A DNA stretch of 64,000 nt from an uncultured delta proteobacterium (GCA_963785725.1 CAWAWS010000039.1:352001-416000), one strand, 5' to 3'; positions 16,812 to 26,712 are shown, counted from the first letter of the stretch. Program-made: numbers and translations. Notes: generated by a model not told the origin, from the sequence alone.

Positions 16812-17248
16812 GCGGCCCCGCTGGTGAGCGCGCGGCGGATGCTGGCGGCGTCGAGCGTGGCGACGGCGTCGACCGCGCCGTACAGGCGGCGCAGGTTGTC
16901 GAGCCGGCGGGTGCCGAAGTCGTGCACGAACAGCGCCGGCTGCGCGAAACCGGCGGCGCGCAGCTCGGCCAAGATCAGCGTGCCCTGTTGATCTTGCAGG
17001 TACCGCAGCGCGCGGGCGGTGTCGCCGGCGAAGAGGCGCGCCGCCGTCGCCGCCAAGTCGCCGACGAGCGCCGCGGCCGGCGCGCGATCGAAGCGCAGGT
17101 CGACCAGCAGCGCGTCGGCGCCGTCGGCGCGCAGCGACGCCAGCGCGGCGGCGGCCGATTGCGCGGCAGCGACGGCAAAGTCGGTCAAGAAGACGCGCGC
17201 GAACTGGACGTATTCGTCGCCATCCTCGATGACGAGCAGGCGCCTCAC
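16808..17248 (-). CDS. Atypical single-domain receiver protein
   Basis: RRLLVIEDG...ALLVDLRF then a long insertion before QGTLILAELR; GTGA overlap with the upstream kinase. Confidence 0.75.
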   Translation of the reverse strand: MRRLLVIEDGDEYVQFARVFLTDFAVAAAQSAAAALASLRADGADALLVDLRFDRAPAAALVGDLAATAARLFAGDTARALRYLQDQQGTLILAELRAAGFAQPALFVHDFGTRRLDNLRRLYGAVDAVATLDAASIRRALTSGAA

Positions 17249-18708
17249 GCGGCCTCGGCGTCGGCGTCGAGCGCGCGAAACAGGCGCAGGACGACGTGCT
17301 TGGCGTAGCCGCTGTCGGGCGCGGCCGGCTCGACGACGAGCGCGCCGTCGTAGCGTTCGAGCGCGGTCGTCGTCAGCGCCAAGCCGCGCCCGCTGCCGAG
17401 CGGCGACGGCAGCGGCAGCGGCGCCGGGTTGCTGTCGCGCACGCGCAGCCGCACGATCTCCTCGCCCGTCGGCTCGACGGCGACGGTGACGTCGATGGCC
17501 ACGCGGCGCGGCGACGGGCCGGCGGCGGCGGCCACGATCGCGTTGCGCAGCACGTTCTTCAGCGCCAGCGCCAAGTCGAGCCGATAGATCTCGACGGCGA
17601 TCTGCGGCGGCGGTGGCGTCAGCGTCAGCTCGTCGACGACGGCGCGACCGCCGAGCTCGCGCTGCACTTCGGTCAGGAGCGCGCGCAGCAGCGCTTCGTC
17701 GACGATCGTGTGCTGCAGCCGCGCCGTCAGCGTGCCGAGCGCGGCGTCGAAGGCGCGCAGCCGCTCGAGCGCGCGGACGACGCGATCGGCGACGGCGCGA
17801 TCGCCGCGCGCCAAGGCTCCTTCGGCGCCGGCGATGAGCGCGAGCGTGCGGCCAGCCTCGGCGAACGTCGGATCGTGGCGCACGAGGTCGAAGCGCGGGC
17901 CGAGCGCGCGCATGAACGCGCCCAAGTGGCCGGCCCACGCCACCGGCAGCGGCTCGCCGCCGTACAAGCGCGCGACGAGGAATTTACGCTCGCCGTCGCG
18001 CAATTCGCCGCGCGCCAACGCTCGCGCTGCGTCGCCCGCCGCCAAGATGCGGTGTTTGAGCAGCTCGTGACGCAAGCAGCCGACGAGATACGCGATCGCC
18101 GGCTGCAGCTCGGGATTGGCCGCCGCCAGCTCCGCCAAGGTCGACTGCCGACGACGCGCACGGGCGATCACCAAGGCCGCGGCCAGCAACGTCACCAACG
18201 CGACGACGACGATGGGCGCGAGCGGCAGCGGTGACGGCGGCGCCGGCGCGTCGAGGAAGCCGGCGATCTCCGGGCCGAGCGCGGCGAGCTCGGCGCGCGC
18301 GGCGTCGGCGTCGCGGCCGGGCGCCGCCTGGCCGAGGAACGAGCGGTAGAGCGTGGCCGCGCGCTCGTCGAGGCCGCGCCTGCGACAGGCGCGCGCCAGC
18401 GGCAAATAGAGCGCCGGATCCATCGGCGCCTGCGCGGCGGCGGCGGCGAGCGCGGTGCGCGCGTCGCTGGTGTCGCCGGCGGACAACGACGCGATGCCGC
18501 GGCGGTAGTCGGCGTCGGCGGCGCGCAGCCGCGCGTGCGCGGCGCGACCGTCGGGCGTGGCGTCGTCGAGCGCGCGCCACAGTCGCCAGGCGTGCGCGTC
18601 GCGGCGTTGCCAGGCGTCGTCGGCGCGACGCCAGCTGCGCGCGTCGTCGCCACCGCAGCCGACGAGCGTCGTCGTCAGCAAGAGCGCGCATGCCCAGCCT
18701 CGGCCCAC
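17245..18708 (-). CDS. Atypical membrane histidine kinase-like protein (lipobox, TPR-like region, TM, DHp, degenerate HATPase)
   Basis: LLLTTTLVGC lipobox; TPR-like YLPLARAC...AATLYRSFL; TM PIVVVALVTLLAAALVI; LRHELLKH; N-box LKNVLRNA; VRDSN; GRGL. Confidence 0.75.
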   Translation of the reverse strand: MGRGWACALLLTTTLVGCGGDDARSWRRADDAWQRRDAHAWRLWRALDDATPDGRAAHARLRAADADYRRGIASLSAGDTSDARTALAAAAAQAPMDPALYLPLARACRRRGLDERAATLYRSFLGQAAPGRDADAARAELAALGPEIAGFLDAPAPPSPLPLAPIVVVALVTLLAAALVIARARRRQSTLAELAAANPELQPAIAYLVGCLRHELLKHRILAAGDAARALARGELRDGERKFLVARLYGGEPLPVAWAGHLGAFMRALGPRFDLVRHDPTFAEAGRTLALIAGAEGALARGDRAVADRVVRALERLRAFDAALGTLTARLQHTIVDEALLRALLTEVQRELGGRAVVDELTLTPPPPQIAVEIYRLDLALALKNVLRNAIVAAAAGPSPRRVAIDVTVAVEPTGEEIVRLRVRDSNPAPLPLPSPLGSGRGLALTTTALERYDGALVVEPAAPDSGYAKHVVLRLFRALDADAEAA

Positions 18709-18749
18709 GCGTCGATTATACCCGCGCCGCGCGTGCTACGCTGAAGGCC

Positions 18750-19847
18750 ATGCGCGGTGCCGCCTTCGCGCTCCTCTTGCTCCCGTCGCTGGCCGCGGCC
18801 GCGCCGCCCACCATCGACGTCTACACGATGGGCGCCGGCGACGATCTGTTCAGCGCCTTCGGCCACGCCGCCATCTGCGTCAGCGACGACGCCGCGCCGC
18901 GCGGTCGCTGTTACAACTACGGCACCGCCGACTTCACGACGCCGGTGCCGCTGACGTGGGACTTCATCCGCGGCCGCGCCCGCTTCTGGGTCTCGGTCGC
19001 CGATCTGCCGTGGATGCTGCAGTATTACGTCGCGAACGGGCGCGCCGTGTGGCGGCAGACGCTGGCGCTCGACGACGCCGCCGCGCAGCGCATCTCGGTC
19101 GCGCTCGCCATCAACAGCGACGAGCGCAACCGCTACTACCGCTATCACCACTTCGACGACAACTGCACGACGCGCATCCGCGACCTCCTCGATCGCGAGA
19201 CCGGCGGCACCTTGTCGCGCGATCGCACGCTCGGCGGCCCGACGTTTCGGCAGTGGGCGCGCCAAGGCTTCGCCGGCGACGTCGCGCTGCAGGCGGTCGT
19301 CGAGCTGTTCTTGGGCCGCTCGTCCGATCGCCACACCGACAGCTGGAGCGCGCAGTTCCTGCCGTCGGAGCTGCGGCGTCAGCTGGCCGAGCGGCTGCAC
19401 GCGCCGCCGGTGCTCGTCGTGCCCGGTCGTCCGCGGCCGCCGCCGGGCGCGCTCTGGCTCGGCCGCGCCGCGTTCCCGATCGTCGGCGCGCTGTTGGCGC
19501 TGCTCGTGCTCGTCGCGCGCCAACGCGCGCGCGCCGCGCTCGTCGTGGTCGCGTTGGTGCTCGGCCTGTTGGGCGCGATCTTGTGGCTGCTGGCGGCGCT
19601 CTCGACGTTCCCCGAGCTGACGCGCAACGAGCTGCTGCTCGTGTTTTTGCCGACGGATCTGCTGCTGCCGGTCTTCGATAAGCTGGGGCGCGCGCGTTGG
19701 CTCGGTCGTTATGCCAACGCGCGCGTCGTCGGGCTGGGCTTGGTCGTGCTCGTGCGCTTGGTGGGAATCTTCGCGCAGCCGCTGTGGCCGCTCTTGCTCG
19801 CGCTGTTGCCGCTCGTCGCTATTGGAACATCTTCGCGACGGGAATGA
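18750..19847 (+). CDS. DUF4105/Lnb-like membrane protein (papain-like acyltransferase fold)
   Basis: Signal peptide; FSAFGHAAI, YNYGT, YRYHHFDDNCTTRIRD, FLP; C-terminal TM helices. Confidence 0.8.
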   Translation: MRGAAFALLLLPSLAAAAPPTIDVYTMGAGDDLFSAFGHAAICVSDDAAPRGRCYNYGTADFTTPVPLTWDFIRGRARFWVSVADLPWMLQYYVANGRAVWRQTLALDDAAAQRISVALAINSDERNRYYRYHHFDDNCTTRIRDLLDRETGGTLSRDRTLGGPTFRQWARQGFAGDVALQAVVELFLGRSSDRHTDSWSAQFLPSELRRQLAERLHAPPVLVVPGRPRPPPGALWLGRAAFPIVGALLALLVLVARQRARAALVVVALVLGLLGAILWLLAALSTFPELTRNELLLVFLPTDLLLPVFDKLGRARWLGRYANARVVGLGLVVLVRLVGIFAQPLWPLLLALLPLVAIGTSSRRE

Positions 19848-21354
19848 TCTCGACGTCGGCGTCGCCGTTGACGCCGATCGGCAGCTGCTCGATCACCTTG
19901 TCCGCCGCCAGCAGCGCCGCCGGCTTCTTCGGCGAGTTGCCCTGCGCGTCCTTCTGGTAATGCATCGGCGACGGCGCGTTGGTCAGGATCGTCTTCTTCA
20001 GCTCCGCCGCTTTGGGCGCCACCAGCACGATCTCCATCTGCGGCGCCAGCGCTTGCACCTGCTTCCACACGCGCGCCACGTCCGCCGGCGTCACCTTGGC
20101 GATGTCGTCGCGCAGCGTCGCCAGCAGATTCTTGCCGCCGCCGAGCGCGTGATCGTCGAGCGCGTAGCCGAGCCGGCGCCGATCGGTCTGCGCGTACAAG
20201 AGCACGTAGCCGTCGAGGAAGCCTTTGGCGCGCTCGACCTCTTCGGCCGAGAACGGCTCGTCGGTGCCCGAGCGCGCCAGCTCGTACAGCGCGGCCCGCA
20301 GCGCGAACAGCGCGTTCTCGTTCTGCACCGGACGCAGCCAGATGGTCAGCTCACCCTGCTTGCGCGCGCGGCCGGTCTGCGCGGTCACCGCGTCGCCGCC
20401 CTCTTGCTCGAAGTGCTCGAGATAGGCGTAGTCGCCGTAGTTGAGGCCGCGCATTTCACGCAGCCGCTGCATGAGCCGGCCGTGCATTTGCCGATGCTCG
20501 CCGAAGCACGAACGCGCCACCAGCAGCGCCGGATAGTCGGGGCTGTGCCGCGTCAACGCCCACGGCACGCCGATCGAAATCGCCGTCGACTCCGTCTGCT
20601 TCTCGACGATGCGCACGCGCGGCCGATGCGGCGCCTGCGCCGGCACTTCGACCATGGGCGCGCCCGTCGCCGGCAGCGTCGCCGCCGCCGCGCGCAGCTG
20701 CGCGACGACGTCGGCCGGGTAGCCGCCGGCGACGCCGATCGTCAGCCGATCGCGCGTGAACACGTGCGCCGCCTGCTGCTTCACGTCGGCCATCGTCAGC
20801 TGCTTCAGGTCGCTCGCGTGCCCGATCGTCAGGTGGCCGTAAGGATGACCGCGGAAGATCAGCTCCTCCAGCGCCGCCTTGCCCAAGTTCTCGTCGTCGC
20901 CTTGGCGCAGCCGCTTCTCGACGTCGTTGACGGTCTCGTCGCGCAGGCGCGTCAGCTCCGACGGATCGAAGCGCGGCCGCGCCACGACGTCGCCGAGGAT
21001 GCCGACCATCTTCTGCACGAAGTCCTGGTGCACGGTGACGATGAACGTCGTCAGCTCCTTGTCGACGCGCGCGTGCACCTCGGTCGCCATCGGAAACAGC
21101 ACCTTGCGCAGCTGCTCGGAGTCGAGCGCCTGCGTGCCGCCTTCGGCCATCAGCTTGGCGGTCAGCGCCGTCAGGCCGTCTTTGCCCGGCGGATCGTCGA
21201 CGGAGCCGGCGTGAAACTGCAGCGTCAGCGTCACCAGCGGCGACTTGGTCGGCAGCGCCACGACTTCGACCTCTCGACCTTTGGCCGCGTCGTCGCCTTG
21301 CGCGAACGCCGACGGCGCGGCGAGCAAGAAAATGGCCAGCGCGAGCCGCTTCAT
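19819..21354 (-). CDS. M16 (insulinase) family peptidase, non-catalytic subunit
   Basis: Signal peptide; GSVDDPPGKDGLTALTA (no HxxEH); RLREMRGLNYGDY. Confidence 0.88.
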   Translation of the reverse strand: MKRLALAIFLLAAPSAFAQGDDAAKGREVEVVALPTKSPLVTLTLQFHAGSVDDPPGKDGLTALTAKLMAEGGTQALDSEQLRKVLFPMATEVHARVDKELTTFIVTVHQDFVQKMVGILGDVVARPRFDPSELTRLRDETVNDVEKRLRQGDDENLGKAALEELIFRGHPYGHLTIGHASDLKQLTMADVKQQAAHVFTRDRLTIGVAGGYPADVVAQLRAAAATLPATGAPMVEVPAQAPHRPRVRIVEKQTESTAISIGVPWALTRHSPDYPALLVARSCFGEHRQMHGRLMQRLREMRGLNYGDYAYLEHFEQEGGDAVTAQTGRARKQGELTIWLRPVQNENALFALRAALYELARSGTDEPFSAEEVERAKGFLDGYVLLYAQTDRRRLGYALDDHALGGGKNLLATLRDDIAKVTPADVARVWKQVQALAPQMEIVLVAPKAAELKKTILTNAPSPMHYQKDAQGNSPKKPAALLAADKVIEQLPIGVNGDADVEIIPVAKMFQ

Positions 21355-22697
21355 TTGGCACCTTCCGTCGTGAGCGTGAGCGTCGTGCGGTTGTTGTCGA
21401 CGAGCCACTTCTTCGCGAACGCCACCAGCTCGGCCGGCTTCACCTTCTGAATGCGCGCCGACTCTTTGTTGATGAGCTCGAGGTCGCCCGTCTGCGCCGT
21501 CATCACCGCCAGCGAGACCGCGATGTGATCGGCGGTGTCGAAGCGCATGATGCGCGAATATTTGATGTTGGAGCGCACGCTGTCGAGCCGCGGCGCGTCC
21601 ACGTCGCCGCCGGCCAGCTTGGCGATCTCGGCGGTGATGGTGCGCGTCACCTCGTCGAAGTCGCTGGCCTTCTTCACGCGCACGAAGGCCGCGAACAGCG
21701 ACGGATCGCGGTGAATGTCGGCGCCGCCGTCGAGGCGATCGACGATCTGGCGCTTGATGACGAGATCTTGATAGAGCGGGCTGGTCGGACCGAACAGGTA
21801 GTCGGACAAGATCTCCTGCACCGCGGTCGCGCCCAGATCGCCCGCGCCCGGCGCATGCCAGGCCAACACCAGCCGCGGCAGCGTCGGCGTCTTCCAGTCG
21901 ACGTGCGCGCTGCGCGGCGCCGTCTGCGGCGGCTCGGGCGTGATCGCGGCCGGGTTGAGCTTGCCTTTCCAGGGCGAGTAGGCCTTCGTCAGCTGCGCCA
22001 ACGTCGCCGCCTTGTCGAAGTCGCCGACGACGAACACGGTGGCGTTGTCGGGCGTGTAATAGCGGCGAAAGAACTCGCGCGAGTAGTCGAAGCCCGACGG
22101 CATCGCCTTGACGTCCGCCAAGTAGCCGATCGTCGTATGGCGATAGGTGTGCTTGGTGAACGCCGTCTCGGCCAGCTTCTCGAACAAGATCTGCTCGGGG
22201 CTCGACGCGCTCTTGGCGTACTCGCCCAAGATCGCGCCCGCTTCGGTCTTGAACTGCTCTTCGTCGTACTGCAGGTGCTGGAAGCGATCGGACTCGAGCT
22301 CGATGATCGACGGCAGCGCCTTCGTCGGACCGTACTCGTGATAGATGGTCATGTCCTCGGTGGTGAAGGCGTTGGTGGCGAGGCCGAGCTTGGCGATGGT
22401 GCTGTTGTATTCGTCGGCCGGATGCGTCGGCGTGCCGCGAAACATCATGTGCTCGAAGAAGTGCGCGTAGCCGGAGCGGCCGGCTTCGGGCTCGTTACGG
22501 CTGCCGACCCGCATGAGCGTGTAGTAGGCGACGAGGCCGGGAGAGTCGTAAGGCACGAGCACGAGGCGGACGCCGTTTGGCAGCGTGTGGACGTCCATCG
22601 GGAACGGGAACGCTTTGGCCGCGGGCGGCGCTTTGGCGCGCGCGGGTGTTACGCCGAGCGCCAGCGCGGCGACGGCGAGAAGGAGCGGGGCTCGCAT
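21351..22697 (-). CDS. M16 family zinc peptidase, catalytic subunit
   Basis: Signal peptide; VGSRNE, AHFFEHMMF (HxxEH), NAFT, YYTPDN. Confidence 0.93.
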   Translation of the reverse strand: MRAPLLLAVAALALGVTPARAKAPPAAKAFPFPMDVHTLPNGVRLVLVPYDSPGLVAYYTLMRVGSRNEPEAGRSGYAHFFEHMMFRGTPTHPADEYNSTIAKLGLATNAFTTEDMTIYHEYGPTKALPSIIELESDRFQHLQYDEEQFKTEAGAILGEYAKSASSPEQILFEKLAETAFTKHTYRHTTIGYLADVKAMPSGFDYSREFFRRYYTPDNATVFVVGDFDKAATLAQLTKAYSPWKGKLNPAAITPEPPQTAPRSAHVDWKTPTLPRLVLAWHAPGAGDLGATAVQEILSDYLFGPTSPLYQDLVIKRQIVDRLDGGADIHRDPSLFAAFVRVKKASDFDEVTRTITAEIAKLAGGDVDAPRLDSVRSNIKYSRIMRFDTADHIAVSLAVMTAQTGDLELINKESARIQKVKPAELVAFAKKWLVDNNRTTLTLTTEGAK

Positions 22698-22780
22698 GGA
22701 AACCTCCGAGCCGCGTGCGTAACACGAAGCATCGCCGCTTGGCCAATGCGTTCGCCCGCGCCTGCAAACACCTATGTGGC

Positions 22781-24127
22781 TTAGTAGTCGTAGCCGACGG
22801 TGAAGACGCCGCCGTAATACTGGTCGATGAAGCGGTTGGCCGTGCGCCGCGTGGTCACGTCGTTGTCGAACGAGCCCATGATGCGCTCCCAAAACGCCGA
22901 GCCGCCGACACGTAGCCGCCGCCACACGTAGACGTCGAGGCCGCCGCGCAGCATGATGCCGTTGGTCGTCGCCAGGCCGTATTCGTCGCTGTCTTCGAGC
23001 GGGCCGTCGTCGGGGAAATATTCGTAGGCGAAGCTGAGCCAGGGCGTGATGCGCTCGTGCCAGAAGTTGGCTTTGGCCTGCACGCCGAAGATGCCGTAGA
23101 CGTAGGCGGCGTCGGGCGGACCGGCGTCGGTGCGCGCCATCGTCGTCGGGTCGACTGCCTTGGCGATCGAATACGTGTGTAAGCCGGCGCCGAGCAGCGC
23201 CGAGATCTCCAGCCGCGGATGCCATTTGCGCACGACGAAGCGCCACTTGGCGCCGCCTTCGACGCGGAATTCGCTGGTCGCATATTGATGCGGCGTATTC
23301 AAGAACTCGGTCGTCGGCCAGAACGGCTTGTCGAGCGTGAAGAAGCCGCCGAGCCCCGCGAACACGCCGTGCTCGACGGCGTGCAGGAACGCGAACGGAT
23401 AGAGCGCCAGATCGACGTGCACGCCGCCGGCCGTGCCCGGCGAATATTTGGGCGGTGTCCCAGGCAGGAACTTCAGCCAGCGACTGTCGATGATCGCGCC
23501 CACCGACGCTTCGATCCACGGATACCAGCGCGGCCGCGGGACGTTGGGCAAGAGCGGCGGCTTCGGCGGCGCGATGATCATCGGCTGCGACGTCTCGAGC
23601 GCGCCCGGCGCCTTGATCTTCTCGGTGTCGGTGGCCTGCTTCGACGGCGGCGCCGGCTGCTCCGGCGGCGGCGTCGCTTCCGCCACCGGCGCGGCTTGCG
23701 GCGCCAGCGCGGCTTGCGCCAGCTCGTCGACCTGCTTGCCGAGCTCGCTCAGCTGCTCGGCCGTCAAATGCCGCCCGCCTTGCAACGGGATCGTCAGCTG
23801 TCCCGCTTGCTGCTTCGACTCGGCGTTGCTCACGGTCACTTCGACGACCAGCCCTCGGTCGCGCTTGGCCACCGTTCCCGACACGATCACATATGGCTGG
23901 GCTTTCGCCAGATCGCTCGCCTTGACGAGCGCGCCGCGATCGCCGAGCGCCTTCAACACCGCAGCCTGCGGCTCGTCGGCGTGCAGGCCGGTGAAAGGCG
24001 TCACCGCGACCGGCGCCGCGCCCGGCCCGCCGCGCTTCTGTCGCGGCGCGGCCTGCGAAACCGCGCCCGCGCCGAGCAAAACTACAAACAGCGACAGCAC
24101 CGCAGCAAGCGAAGCGAAGGCGCGCAC
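22781..24127 (-). CDS. Exported protein with C-terminal outer-membrane beta-barrel
   Basis: Signal peptide, periplasmic domain, Pro-rich linker, alternating aromatic/hydrophobic strands, C-terminal GGVFTVGYDY. Confidence 0.7.
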   Translation of the reverse strand: MRAFASLAAVLSLFVVLLGAGAVSQAAPRQKRGGPGAAPVAVTPFTGLHADEPQAAVLKALGDRGALVKASDLAKAQPYVIVSGTVAKRDRGLVVEVTVSNAESKQQAGQLTIPLQGGRHLTAEQLSELGKQVDELAQAALAPQAAPVAEATPPPEQPAPPSKQATDTEKIKAPGALETSQPMIIAPPKPPLLPNVPRPRWYPWIEASVGAIIDSRWLKFLPGTPPKYSPGTAGGVHVDLALYPFAFLHAVEHGVFAGLGGFFTLDKPFWPTTEFLNTPHQYATSEFRVEGGAKWRFVVRKWHPRLEISALLGAGLHTYSIAKAVDPTTMARTDAGPPDAAYVYGIFGVQAKANFWHERITPWLSFAYEYFPDDGPLEDSDEYGLATTNGIMLRGGLDVYVWRRLRVGGSAFWERIMGSFDNDVTTRRTANRFIDQYYGGVFTVGYDY

Positions 24128-24193
24128 GCGGTGAGAGTATCGCGTTTATCCGTTGACGGATAGTGATTAGCGGTGTTCTGATGAGCGCGGGCC

Positions 24194-26704
24194 ATGCACA
24201 TCCTCCGTCGTCTATGCGTGGTGCTACTCGCTGTCAGCGGCTGTCATTCGACGTTGAAGGCGCCGACCGCCGCCAGCGTCTCGGCCGATCTCGGCGGCGG
24301 CGTCGCCGACGGCGGCGTCGACGCCGCGGTCGCCGATCTCGCCGTCGGCGACATGGCCTGCTCGCCGCAAGTCACGAGCTGCGTCGGCTTGTGCGGCCCC
24401 GTTCCCGACACCTGCACCGGCAAGAACGTGCAGTGCGGCGCCTGCGACAACGGCAAAGTCTGCGACCTCGTCAGCCATCAGTGCATCACGCCGCTGACCG
24501 ACTGCAACGCGCTCGGCGCGCAGTGCGGCAACACGCGCAACAGCTGCGGCACGCGCATCTTCTGCGGCGATTGTCCGAGCGGCCAAGAGTGCGATCCCGA
24601 CACCAATCAATGTGTCACGTGCAATAGCAACGTCAGCTGCGCGGCGCTCGGCTATCAGTGCGGCCACGCCTGGCTCGGCTGCGGCCCGGAGACGGCGACG
24701 ACCGACTGCGGATCGTGCCCGGCCGGCGCCAATCCCGTCTGCAATCCCTACTTCAACTTGTGCGAGCCGAGCTGCACGCCGCTGTCGCCGGCGCAGCTGT
24801 GCGCCAACGCGCACGCCAAGAGCGGCGTCGAGTGCGGCCTCATCACCGATGGTTGCGGCGGCTACGTCGACTGCTCGGGCGTCACCGGCTACATGTGCGC
24901 GGCCGGCTTCAGCTGCGGCGCGCAGGGCGATCCCAACCGCTGCGAGCCCAACGAAGAGCCGACCGAGTGCGAAGCGGCGGGCAAGAACTGCGGCACGATC
25001 ACGTCGCAGTGCGGCGGCGTCAAGATCAGCTGCGGCACGTGCACGGCGCCGCAAGTGTGCAACAGCAACGGCGTGTGCGGACCGCCGTGCACGCCGATGA
25101 CGTGCGCGCAGCTCGGCAATCCGCAGTGCGGTAGCTTGCCCGACGGCTGCGGCGGCGTCGTCAAGTGCAACGACTGCCCCGATCCGACGAACTACACGTG
25201 CTTGTCGAACAACACGTGCTGCAAGAAGAAGACGTGCGCCGTCGACTACAACGGGCAGTGCGGCACCGGCCTCGACGACGGCTGCGGCGGCACCGAAGAC
25301 TGCACGTGCGCCAGCGGCGCCTGCCAGGCGACGACGACCGGCGTCGCCGGCCAGTGCTGCGTCAACACCGCGTCGTGCGCCGCCAACAGCTGCAACACGA
25401 CCGTGACCAACACGTGCACGGGCGCGCCCATCGTCTGCGCCTGCAACGCCACCACGCAATATTGCGACTCGACGACGAACACCTGCATGGCCAAGGAGAG
25501 CTGCGCGCAGGAGCCGGGCACGAACGGCCACGCGCCGAGCCAGTCGGGCGACAGCTGCAGCAACGGCGGCGCCTTCGATTCGGGCGGCGGCAATTTGATC
25601 TCGTGCCCGTGCGTGCAGGGCGAATACTGCATCGAAGGCGGGCCGCCCGGCACCGTCGTCACCGGCGCGACCAAGGGCACCTGCTGCGTCGACACCGCCT
25701 GCAACGCCATGAACTGCGGGCAGACGGTCAACAACACCTGCACCGGCAAGTCGGAGACCTGCGGCTGCCCGACGGGACAGTTCTGCAGCGGCGGCACCTG
25801 CATGGTCGACAAGACGTGCGCCGATTACACCAACGGCGCCGCCGGCAGCGAGTGCAGCAACGGCAACGCCTTCGGCAACGGCGCCGGCGGGCTCGTCAAG
25901 TGCCCGTGCAACGCCGGGCTCGAGTGCATCACGGGCGCCGCGCCCTCGCCGATCGCCAGCGGCTCGCAGATCGGCCAGTGCTGCGCGCCGACGAAGAAGA
26001 GCTGCGGCAACGCCTGCAACACGACCATCGAGACCGACACGTGCACCGGCGCCATGCAGAGTTGCGCCTGCAACGCCACCGTCGCCTACTGCGGCACCGG
26101 CAACGTCTGCGACGCCAAGAAGACGTGCAGCAACTACCAGACGAACGGCGGCAAGCCGGGCGACGTGTGCGGCTCGTTCCCCGACGGCAGCGGCACCGGC
26201 GGCACCATCAGCTGCGGCTGCGTCACCATCAACGGCTACGCCAACGACGCCTGCGTCGGCGGCGTCTGCACGTGCGTGCCGAAAGCGTGCGGCAGCTGCA
26301 GCGACGACGGCACGTCCGACGGCTGCGGCGGCACGCTGTCGTGCAAGTGCACGGCGCCGTCGCCGACGTGCTATCCGGCCGCCGGCGGCGCCAACGGCTG
26401 CTGCGAAGCCTACACGTGCACGACCATCCCCGGCGTGCCCGTCAACGACGCCGCCGCGTCGACGCCGGCCGAGCACCCGAGCTGCGGCTCGTTCGACGAT
26501 CACTGCGGCGGCGGCTTGCCCTGCCCGTGCCCGGCGAACAACCCGGTGACGGGCTTGGCGTGGCCCAACGACAGCTGCGTCGCGCAGCCGGGCACGACGC
26601 CGGCCTACGGCTTCTGCGAGTGCACGCCCACACCGTGCACGACGCTCGGCGCCGGCCCACACCCCAACGACGGCTGCGGCCACTTCGTGTTGTGCCCGTC
26701 GTGA
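24194..26704 (+). CDS. Large cysteine-rich repeat lipoprotein
   Basis: Lipobox LLAVSGC; more than 100 Cys by eye count in repeated CG..xDGCGG..xCxxC modules. Confidence 0.85.
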   Translation: MHILRRLCVVLLAVSGCHSTLKAPTAASVSADLGGGVADGGVDAAVADLAVGDMACSPQVTSCVGLCGPVPDTCTGKNVQCGACDNGKVCDLVSHQCITPLTDCNALGAQCGNTRNSCGTRIFCGDCPSGQECDPDTNQCVTCNSNVSCAALGYQCGHAWLGCGPETATTDCGSCPAGANPVCNPYFNLCEPSCTPLSPAQLCANAHAKSGVECGLITDGCGGYVDCSGVTGYMCAAGFSCGAQGDPNRCEPNEEPTECEAAGKNCGTITSQCGGVKISCGTCTAPQVCNSNGVCGPPCTPMTCAQLGNPQCGSLPDGCGGVVKCNDCPDPTNYTCLSNNTCCKKKTCAVDYNGQCGTGLDDGCGGTEDCTCASGACQATTTGVAGQCCVNTASCAANSCNTTVTNTCTGAPIVCACNATTQYCDSTTNTCMAKESCAQEPGTNGHAPSQSGDSCSNGGAFDSGGGNLISCPCVQGEYCIEGGPPGTVVTGATKGTCCVDTACNAMNCGQTVNNTCTGKSETCGCPTGQFCSGGTCMVDKTCADYTNGAAGSECSNGNAFGNGAGGLVKCPCNAGLECITGAAPSPIASGSQIGQCCAPTKKSCGNACNTTIETDTCTGAMQSCACNATVAYCGTGNVCDAKKTCSNYQTNGGKPGDVCGSFPDGSGTGGTISCGCVTINGYANDACVGGVCTCVPKACGSCSDDGTSDGCGGTLSCKCTAPSPTCYPAAGGANGCCEAYTCTTIPGVPVNDAAASTPAEHPSCGSFDDHCGGGLPCPCPANNPVTGLAWPNDSCVAQPGTTPAYGFCECTPTPCTTLGAGPHPNDGCGHFVLCPS

Positions 26705-26712
26705 AAGGCGTC

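Noticed and set aside
22781..26704. TraA/TraB kin-recognition locus
   Set aside because: No MYXO-CTERM-like tail or PA14-like domain recognised in the Cys-rich protein, and no OmpA or thrombospondin repeats in the barrel protein.
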